A stretch of 64,000 bases of DNA from Phoronis australis. Lineage: Eukaryota; Animalia; Phoronida. Shown in pieces: positions 1-9,211 of the stretch (its first letter is position 1; the number at the start of each line of letters is the position of its first letter). The notes beneath the pieces are model-generated. The model did no database searches. It was not told the origin of the DNA and saw nothing but the letters and a program-made list of their open reading frames with translations. The position numbers and the translations under genes were made by a program. The stretch lies in NCBI GenBank assembly GCA_002633005.1, contig NMRA01000846.1, forward strand, positions 35,317-99,316, written 5' to 3'.

Positions 1-38
1 CGTCCAGAAGTTGCATATCAAAATTGTCGTTTTTTCAG

Positions 39-102
39 GAAGCAAAGCTGAAGTTTGCCTTGGAAGCCGGTGCTGATGATGTCGTCTGCTTGAATGTCAA
101 AG
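39..102 (+). CDS. Alcohol dehydrogenase-like gene, internal exon (EAKLKFALEAGADDVVCLNVK)
   Basis: tttttcag acceptor (AG 37-38), donor G|gtgaat at 103, ends phase 1. Confidence 0.85.
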
Positions 103-3100
103 GTGAATCTTTGTTATCAGGCGACATACTAATTTCAACAATGCGCCTAGGGTTTTTAAAACCCACTAACCTTGGATCAGGATTGAGCTCAGTAACACTA
201 ACTGGCGGAATCACGATTAAAAGACTCGATGGTGTTTTCGTGAGGGGTAGTTAATCCAACTATTCCAAAGATTAATTTGAACACAGAGGCCGTGTCAGGC
301 AAATACCCCCTCGGAATGAGTGGACTAGGCATTAGCCTAATTTAAAGTTAATGGGTACAATATATTGAGCCTGCCACTGGGGTATTCGCACTATTTTGGC
401 GGAAGCTTTCACTTCCGCTTTACCTGTACATTTTCTACAGCTTCACAGTTTACTTACGAGGATACGCTTCGCCCTCGTTGTTAGGATTGATCCTTAAAAC
501 ACAAGCAAGAATGGCCCTCGCTCTAAATGCTTGGACGTAAACAAACATGAATTTATCTGCGGACTAAGTTTGCCTAAATAGGAGACCTAGCTGTTGACGT
601 ACATAATTATAAAAGTAAGCAAACAAACATTCACGAAAAAAAACACTGTTGTATTTTGTAACCAGCCATACAGTTGTTAAGGACATATTTAATATCTCAG
701 GTGTTATTACGTAATACAGTTATCACTTTAACTTCTGTCGTAGTGTAGTCAGAGACACCACATTTTTATTTTTTCTTTTGTTAGTGATATTTTAATATTT
801 TAAAAATTCTCTCGTCTGTTTAGATAAGGAGGAGAACGAACGGAAGATGCAGGAAAAGTTCGGAGCTGAAGGTTTGGAAGCAGTCATTGACTTCGTGAAC
901 AACGACATGACAGTCCCGTTGGCACTGGACATGCTAAATCACGTAAGTTATCACGTTCTGATTTCATAACGAGAAATCTTCGTGAAGCATCAACACGTGG
1001 TCACCTGGTTACTCGCAGTACCCCTTTATCCCCTAGCTGCATTCGGATCACCTCGAGTACTTGCTTAGCTTCAAATCTCCCCTCGAAGGTGATGGTTATC
1101 TTCGCATGTGCACAAGATCAGTTACTCCCCAATTTGAAAGGCACATGGCTTGCCGTATAACTGAAGTCTGCACATGCAGAGATATCTTTCACCGGGGAAG
1201 TTTGAGTATACGGAAATACCCGAGATGTTCCGGCTGTTCCGACAAGTAGCTGGAAACATAGCAGGTTCACCTTCAACAGAACTAAAAATCTAAAAATAAG
1301 AAGAAACCTATAAGAAGACTATAAACTGCTCAGGACACGAAGTTGCAAGTGTATCGCAAATAAAGGTACTATGCTACCGCATTGAAGTTACCGCCAACTT
1401 AAAAAATTAGAAGGAATCACGACTTAAATTGGTTTGTTCATCGTTGAAAAAAGCCAGTGCGTACTGTAAGCTACATCAACAAAAATTAAATCTTTGTTCG
1501 TTTGAATGTACAAGACTGCAGTAAATTCTTACAACGAACTAAAGCTAAACGCTACACACTTAACTTATAATGCTGAAGTGAAAATGCTGAACAGTCAAAC
1601 AAACAGCGCAAATGAAACCCAGAATTGCACTTATGACAATAAGTTGTCTTTCTAGTCGTATGATTGAATGCATGCTCCAAAACACTGCTCGCATAACGCT
1701 AAGCACTGGGGGTGTGCCAAAAGACATTTGTAGTAACACAGTTTTAATTAAGGCAATTACACCAGAAACATCTCCTTCTTCTCAAAATTTGTTTAGTCTC
1801 TTCATTCGCTGGAAAATCTATGGTGTACATATTGAAAATACAGTTTTTCTTTTATCCCCACACGTGCGCCTGAGTGTTTGTAAGTTTACGAACTGGTGTC
1901 AAAGCGAAGAACTTATTTCGCGGGAACATAAGTCTGGTTGGCAGAAAAAAAAACAAGATAATAGATGACTGTCATCTTTTTCCAAAGAAAGGGCATGACT
2001 TTATATTCAAGGTTCTTGGATTTTCAAATGTTAATCAAAATGTTATATTCTGCCTATAAGGCCACGGCTTCCTGTAACACGTTTTACGGTAGCAGTGGTA
2101 TGTTACGTTGTATCATTATGAATTAAGTATTACTTCAACGCTGATTTTTTATATGTTTCAACACAATGAACACTGAGTAAAATAAAAAGAAATGAACGGT
2201 CTACGCAGGTCTAGGAATCCGTGGTGTACAGTGTTGACACTTTTGCATTGGCACGTAAGATGTCGCCAGCAGCTTATCAAAAAAACTAGATCATTAGAGT
2301 GATGCAGAGTCAGTTGCCATAATTCTTTCTAGGGTGGAACCGCATCACTTGTTGGACTTTTCGGTGGCATGCTCAAGCGTCCTCTGCCGCTCATTGTCGG
2401 CAAAATTCACACAATTGTTGGCACCATTGTGGGATCGTTGCAGCATCTGAGGGAGATTGTGTCCCTGATGGAAGAGAGCAAGGTTGGTTATCAATTGCTA
2501 GATTCTGAGGGCATAATGTAAGTGAGTGATGTTTAGAAATAAAGGCCTTAAGCTCAAACGCATTGACAGAGCCGACGAAGGCTTAGAGAAAAAGTTATAG
2601 CAAATCACATATTTTTAACATAGAGCAAAATTGTGTGTTTGGAAATAATGGTAAACGATCACCATAATTTCCCTAAAAAATTGCAGTTTTTGGAAACCTG
2701 GACTGCCACAAATTCGAGGTATGTTATGCCAGGTGATATAAGGGATTTTTCGACAATTCCAATTAACTGTCGCTCAAATTTGATACAAAAATACCGTTAA
2801 AGGAACAGAGCGTAATTAATTCTGCCCTATTTTAAGGAATGTGAAAAGTAGGATTTATATATCTTTCTACATAACNGGTCTAGGAATCCGTGGTGTACAG
2901 TGTTGACACTTTTGCATTGGCACGTAAGATGTCGCCAGCAGCTTATCAAAAAACTAGATCATTGGAGTGATGCAGAGTCAGTTGCCATAATTCTTTCTAG
3001 GGTGGAACCGCATCACTTGTTGGACTTTTCGGTGGCATGCTCAAGCGTCCTCTGCCGCTCATTGTCGGCAAAATTCACACAATTGTTGGCACCATTGTGG

Positions 3101-5372
3101 GATCGTTGCGGCATCTGAGGGAGATTGTGTCCCTGATGGAAGAGAGCAAGGTTGGTTATCTGAGGGCATAATGTAAGTGAGTGATGTTTAGAAATAAAGG
3201 CCTTAAGCTCAAACGCATTGACAGAGCCGACGAAGGCTTAGAGAAAAAGTTATAGCAAATCACATATTTTTAACATAGAGCAAAATTGTGTGTTTGGAAA
3301 TAATGGTAAGCGATCACCATAATTTCCCTAAAAAATTGCAGTTTTTGGAAACCTGGACTGCCACAAATTCGAGGTATGTTATGCCAGGTGATATAAGGGA
3401 TTTTTCGACAATTCCAATTAACTGTCGCTCAAATTTGATACAAAAATACCGTTAAAGGAACAGAGCGTAATTAATTCTGCCCTATTTTAAGGAATGTGAA
3501 AAGTAGGATTTATATATCTTTCTACATAACCGAGGCAAAATTTCTAGTCTTTAAAAGACCAAGATTCGTGAAATGGTAGCCAGGAATTACGGCAAAGCTC
3601 ACGTGAAAGTACAAATGTACTTAAATAAAGTCGTGAAAATGTTAAAGGATCTTCAATTGACCTATTGCAAGCTCCGCCCCTTTGCGAAATGTCGACAAAC
3701 AAACAAACAGTTTTACCCGGCAACGTGTTGTTTGTCGGGTAACATGGCGGCTTGTCAAGAATGCTGCGTTTTGATTGGTCAGTTCAGCCGTAACTCAAAA
3801 CCCCAGCAATAAGTCAATTTTCCTCACGTTGGAGAATGAGGTTGTACATATCTGCTTAATGCTGCATTTTACCTCTGTTTAGCTGTCAATGTTGAATTCT
3901 TAACTGAAGCACTTTGTGGTTTAAAAAGACTACCACGCTGACCCGGTGTTAAATTATCACCCAATGAACCCGCTTCTTGAGTCACAGGCGATGTGTATAT
4001 GCATCATTTTCGAATACGCAATTGACCTATTGCAAACTCCGCCCCCTTGCTAAATGTCGACAAACAAACAATAAATTTTACACGGCAACGAGTTGTTTGT
4101 CGGGTAAATTGGCGACTTGGAAACAAAGGTATGTCAAATATGCTGCGCTGTGATTGGTCAGTTAAACAGTCACTCAAACTTCTGGCTATAGGTCAATTTC
4201 AGGGTTGGCCAACCCAATAAAATCTGAAGCATTTCCTCGAGTCGCTAATACGTTCAATGCCCGTTTTGGTAACGGAAATGGAATCCAGTCACGTGATCGG
4301 TTTTTGAAAGTAAAAGGCCGAATCTGGTTTTTGTTTTTAGTCAGCTAAACAGGACGAATTGCAGCTTTAAGCAGTGAGTTGCGCGTTCAACTGGCGGAGG
4401 CGATAGCTCAGATGGAACTGGTGGCCACCCGGAGGGGACAGTTTCCAGTTTTTTAGTTAGACAAGTATGTGGTCGAGACATTATGGCGTTTTCCCGTTGC
4501 TCTCAACTTATTCGATTCTATAGCCCAATAACAAGTTGGGAAGTTTACCTCTGTAGCCAACATCTTACACGACTCAACTCCATTCTGGCATTTATGGTTG
4601 GAGGACCTGCTCTCTTTTGTTCGATAATTGGTCTAATCTCCCATAAGATCGTATCTACCCAGACTGGGCTGTGTTGTTAAAAATAAAAGTTAAGTTATAA
4701 CATATTTGAACATAAACCAATAGCATTTCTGAAATCGTCGTCAATGGTGATCATCTTTAGGTTTTGAATCGCCAAAATCGCCCAACTGCAACCGAAGTTA
4801 GACAATCTGTTCTTTCTGAATACACACTCTGTGTGACTGTGTTCACACGTGGTCTGTAATAAGCCTGGTAGATAATTGCCCTACTGGTTGTCATAACAGA
4901 CAAAAGAGTGTGCTTGGCAGTTAACAAAGAAGGTACTGAGATGTTATCACACGCTCAGAACCCCCAACGTCTGGTAAAGCCACTGAACGGGAAAACGCTG
5001 TCATGGACGCCTCCCACAGCTCGTCAAGTTTCGTGCCTCCGGACAATACAAATCAACATTGCCCTGATACCTTGCCGAGAGATGAAAATGTGTTTTCATT
5101 TTGAATTTCTAAACATTGTAATCGTCTCGTGGGAGTTTGAAATGAAATGTACGCAGATTTCGTACCACGTGATTCTATAAAAAAATACTTTCCACTCATT
5201 CCATGTTATCTGCTTCACATTTTCTATAAACAGTTATTACTCGCCCGTTCATCTCAAGTTTCAGCATATAGCCAGAAGCCATTACAAACTGGAAGACATA
5301 GAAGCTGTGATTACTAAGCTGCGAAAAGGCGAAATCGTCGGGCGCGCTATTTTAACTTTTCCGGACAAATAA
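39..5372 (+). CDS. Medium-chain dehydrogenase/reductase (zinc-type alcohol dehydrogenase, 6-hydroxyhexanoate-dehydrogenase-like), 5'-partial; join(39..102,824..942,2333..2482,5259..5372)
   Basis: Phase-consistent GT-AG splicing gives EAKLKFALEAGADDVVCLNVKDKEENERKMQEKFGAEGLEAVIDFVNNDMTVPLALDMLNHGGTASLVGLFGGMLKRPLPLIVGKIHTIVGTIVGSLQHLREIVSLMEESKFQHIARSHYKLEDIEAVITKLRKGEIVGRAILTFPDK*. This is the C-terminal half of an MDR (GAD, AVIDFV, GGxxxLVG, terminal GRAIL motifs). The catalytic N-terminal part lies upstream of the window. Confidence 0.88.
824..942 (+). CDS. Alcohol dehydrogenase-like gene, internal exon (..GLEAVIDFVNND..DMLNH)
   Basis: ctgtttag acceptor, gtaagt donor at 943, phase 1 to 0, AVIDFV motif. 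Confidence 0.9.
1052..1224. repeat. Fold-back (imperfect inverted repeat, ~55-nt arms), MITE-like
   Basis: ctcgagtacttg..caaatctcccc..tatcttcgcatgtgca pairs with tgcacatgcagagata..ggggaagtttg..tacccgag. Confidence 0.6.
2333..2482 (+). CDS. Alcohol dehydrogenase-like gene, internal exon (GGTASLVGLFGG..EESK), copy 1
   Basis: ttctttctag acceptor, AAG|gttggt donor, 150 nt, phase 0-0. Confidence 0.88.
3001..3150 (+). CDS. Second copy of the same ADH exon (probable allelic copy; Q>R difference)
   Basis: Identical to 2333-2482 except CAG>CGG; lies inside the duplication flanking the single N at 2876. Confidence 0.6.
3655..3819. mobile_element. Short MITE-like element, copy 1 (TIR AATTGACCTATTGC)
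   Basis: Ends aattgacctattgc / gcaataagtcaatt; homologous to 4020-4198. Confidence 0.7.
4020..4198. mobile_element. Short MITE-like element, copy 2
   Basis: Ends aattgacctattgc / gctataggtcaatt; shares internal ctccgcccc, tgtcgacaaacaaaca and tgattggtcag with copy 1. Confidence 0.7.
5259..5372 (+). CDS. Alcohol dehydrogenase-like gene, last coding exon (FQHIARSHYKLEDIEAVITKLRKGEIVGRAILTFPDK*)
   Basis: Typical MDR C-terminus, TAA at 5370-5372; exon start is 5259 (after ctcaag) or 5265 (after tttcag), both phase 0. Confidence 0.88.
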   Translation, partial: FQHIARSHYKLEDIEAVITKLRKGEIVGRAILTFPDK

Positions 5373-6122
5373 AGCAAGTGTCGCAGACTCGCAGACAAGG
5401 AGATAACAAGCTTTGAGTCAGGCGTCCATCTAAGATCAGCATGGGATGTGTGCAATGAAGGCTAATGGACTGATTTACCGATTTAATGTTGTATTAGACA
5501 AGTCAGCTGGCCGTTTGCTCATTAAGAAGAAAGACAATCGCGGACCAATTGTTTCTTTATTTCAATTTATTAAACTCAAGTAAAATTAAACCAACAACAA
5601 CTACTTTTGATGTGAATTTATATCAGTATCACATTCTCGTTGGTTTTGGGCTAAACTTGGTGTACCATACGAGAAACCGTGTTTGAAGGAAGATATCGTA
5701 ACAGTGTGGTATGCTCCTTCCGATTGGCTTGTTCAGGGAGAAGTGCCATCTACAGGGGAGATAAATCGCAACTCTTGGATCTTTTTGCGACACAAAGCCT
5801 ACTTCACTTCTCAAATAATACAGGAAGGTCGTGTTCTATAAGTAACGCCCAAGTGAATGTAACATCTACCTAATCACTATCAAAGTGCAAAAGACACTGA
5901 AGAGTACTACTACGGAGTGTGCATATGATTAGATCGAAAAATTCTCCCGCGACACACCATTATTCAAAATGGCGCCGCGTAGCCAGCACATCGGACCTTA
6001 ACTTCCTGACCTTGTGACATTTTACAAAAATCTTTCACAGAAAACGATAAACGAAATTAATATAAATTTCTGAATGCAAACAACATTTTCATAGAGTATG
6101 ACTACATATTTTATGCGTTCTT

Positions 6123-6421
6123 CAGGGTTCTGTTTCAAGAAAAGTGACCTAAGACTTAAAACAGAAATTTGGTCTTACACTCCACGCAATTATTTCAGAA
6201 AAATAGTTAAAACTCATTTAAGCAAACAAATGAAGTACTTGAGAATAGTACTCATAATTGTTACTTATCGAGAAGTTCTGAACAAATTACTTCCAGGGAA
6301 TTATTCGATTATAATTGCAGGACTAAACTTTTATTTGGCACTTGTGAAATGGAAGCGTAGGACCACATTTCTGTTTTTTAAACTTAAACGTCTAAGTTAC
6401 TTTTCATGAAACGGATCCCTG
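6123..6421. mobile_element. MITE with GGG..GTTTCA(A/T)GAAA-type TIRs
   Basis: cagggttctgtttcaagaaaagtgacct versus the reverse complement of aagttacttttcatgaaacggatccctg. Confidence 0.65.
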
Positions 6422-6569
6422 TTTCTTAAATTACGAATGAATAGTCACATCCCGAATTCAAATCTTCTCTTTCATGGTGGTGGTAAATGTTCATAGCATG
6501 ACTGACTTAGTTTTCAAACGGTTAGACCGATAAGCGTTTTGACTGTGAAATTTGGAACGTCAGCATTTT

Positions 6570-6922
6570 CTTTTGAGAACGCGTGCGCTGTACTCGTTCA
6601 CGCGAGTGCAATGTACGCGTGAATGCGTTCGTCGCTGATAGAATACGCAAAAATTAAGCACAATGGCGGAGTTTGTAGAAACATAACGAGTTCTTTTACG
6701 AGCGCGTGCACTGTACTCATTCATCATGCTGAAATGTCTTGCAATCGTCGCTGTAACAACGTACACGTGAACTTAGAAGTCCTTCTCACTGCGCATGTTT
6801 ATACTCAGGTGAGATTGCAATCTAGATTCTATGCTTCTTTTACTACTGTGCTACATACATAATCTGTGTTTCTAAAAGAGCAACGATTACATGGCACGAG
6901 AGCAATCCACGCATTCTCAAAA
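6570..6922. mobile_element. MITE-like element with ~16-bp TIRs
   Basis: cttttgagaacgcgtg / cacgcattctcaaaag; internal repeat of gcgtgc.ctgtactc.ttca. Confidence 0.55.
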
Positions 6923-8935
6923 GACCACGTCAGGTTCCAATGAAATCACCATTGTACTTTATCTGCAAGCGTGTGTTATCGGCGACTTTCGGATTTACGC
7001 GTGCTGTTGCAACAGCGAAATTTAAATAACTTTAGGGTGATAGATGTCAAAATAATTCCGCAGTAAAATCATGACTTACACGGTGGTAGTGTCACGTGGA
7101 ACTACGCCTGCATAGCACTGTGGGTAGAAACAGAGAGTGCTAAGGTATTTCAGGATGTGGCTATTCGATCGACGAATTCTAAACTTTGCATCGAATTTAA
7201 TGGAGTTATAATGTAACACTAAGATGCTGTAACAAAAGGTCAGGGTTACCACAACACAGAAATTGCAACCACGACTTAGGGTTATTGTAAGACTTAAAGA
7301 CTCTAACTGGGTCAGAATTTCAAGAACACTGTAAGACTGTAGCTATGGATCAAGGTCACCGTAACACAGAGACTGCAAGCAAGGGCCAGGAATGCAAGCA
7401 TAGAATAGGGTTAACACCCATCACTTGATCATGGCCAGCATTTGCGAATTGGGCATGCGCGTTTTAACACCCATAAAAGCGCGCGTATTTTTAACGCACA
7501 TAAAAACAAAAATAAAGTATTTCGGTTATCGTGGACTGGCAGATAAAATTTTAAGTGCTTACGAAAATAATTTCAGCAAGTTCTCTCAATGTCCACAGAT
7601 GACGAGATTTGGGGATTTGTTTCATGGCAATATGTGTAGAACAATATTCTAATTATCTGCCGACGTCACGTCGTGGCATACACGGATACAGACAGTCACA
7701 CTACTCAGTTTCGTCAAAAAGCAAGTAAAACATTCACTATTAGCCTATGTACATACTCGACTAGTTTCAATCCTAATGATATGCGACTCTGACATAATAT
7801 GAGCTTCAATGAACGCATCATCCATTTTCTTAAATTACAAAGACTTTAAAAGCTGTGGCCGTTACCGGCGATAAAAACTAATGTAAAACTCCATTTCACA
7901 TTGCTGTAATGGCGGAATCTCAATAATTCTTTATGCTTGCCCTTTGATTGACCCTCAAGGCAAAATCCTGGAACCGCGTTTGGATATAACGAGACGAACC
8001 ACCTATCGATTCGTCTCCTTATATTTTACAGTTCTGTTATTTTTTCATTCGAGTAGACCTACCAGAAAATCGGACAGACAAGTCATTTTTAAAAACGAGA
8101 GGATACTCCACGCAAACAAATAGTTCTCTGAAATTACTGAGGACAATTCCCGATTGGAAGTGGTCCCGTTGAACGGCTTATCAGTTATAGCGCTCATTAC
8201 TTTCCGCTTCGACAGAGGTCGGACGCATCCTTTGTGAAATTGTCTCTTTAAGCACGCCTGTATAAGTGACACTCGAAATAAATTCTGACTACTTACTCCT
8301 CGACTAGTTTTCAGACATTCAGCTGTGAACAGTATTACAGCACATGCATCCAAGACCGTGTAACTAGCTGTATCTCCGCCCACAGCTCTGGCCAGTCTTC
8401 GTTATTTTGTCATTCATTTTATCGAATAAATGAAGATATTTTCTACCAGTCGACAGAAAACTTCCGATCGGGCGCCACCTTGGTTTGGCAGCATTCTGCT
8501 GCTACTCATCGACCACCATTCACAGCGGCAGAAAAGGTTCAGAGACAGCGCAAAATGAAGGGGCAACCGGCCAAGGCAAGAAAATGCCGGTGTTTCACAA
8601 AGTTTAGATCAATTAGGATGAAACTGCATCCTTGTACACAGTCTCCTCCCAAATGTTTATGGTCTACGCTTGACTGTCCAGTGTCTATATGGGCGATTTT
8701 CGTCAGTATTTTTGTAGACACGAGGACCTAGCGACCAATTTCCCGACGCTAAACTCACAAGCTTAAAAAACATCCGTTTGTATATCCGGCTGATTTAGTG
8801 GCTATAGAACAGCCAGATAAAACGCTTTTCGGGGACACCATTCTGGTAGATGATGTTTTAAGCGTCTTCTAACGGCAAAATAATCCGTTGTTTCGCTGGC
8901 TTTTGAGCACGTTATTGAGTCGAAAACACCGGTAG

Positions 8936-9211
8936 TTAAACTGCCTCGTCCTCGATTAAAGTTGTTGCACACTTTCGCTCATGAAAGTCATTGTTAGTTT
9001 TAGCGTTCCAATTACTGTCTCTCTTTCTTCCGTTTAACTGACTGAGCTCATTGTGCTCGGACAATGTGAGCGGGACTTGAGTGGCACTAGAACGCGCAAA
9101 ACTTTGGCGCGTCGTCGCAATAGAGTACGTGGAAGCCTTCGTCCAACGGGAGTGCGAGATACTCCGAGAATCCTTCCAACGGCTGAACTTTTTCTGTATG
9201 CATGTCTGAAC
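8936..9211 (-). CDS. GPCR last coding exon: helix 8 and C-tail (VQTCIQKKFSRWKDSRS...TLIEDEAV*)
   Basis: ttttag acceptor (CT at 9212-9213 on +), phase 0, 91 open codons then TAA at 8938-8936. Confidence 0.9.
   Translation of the reverse strand, partial: VQTCIQKKFSRWKDSRSISHSRWTKASTYSIATTRQSFARSSATQVPLTLSEHNELSQLNGRKRDSNWNAKTNNDFHERKCATTLIEDEAV

Larger units (their letters stand above)
2208..3530. repeat. Near-identical tandem duplication (2208-2875 and 2877-3530) around a single N; probable haplotype overlap artefact
   Basis: Copies differ by a few substitutions, one A-run length and a 13-nt indel; junction is the N at 2876. Confidence 0.9.
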
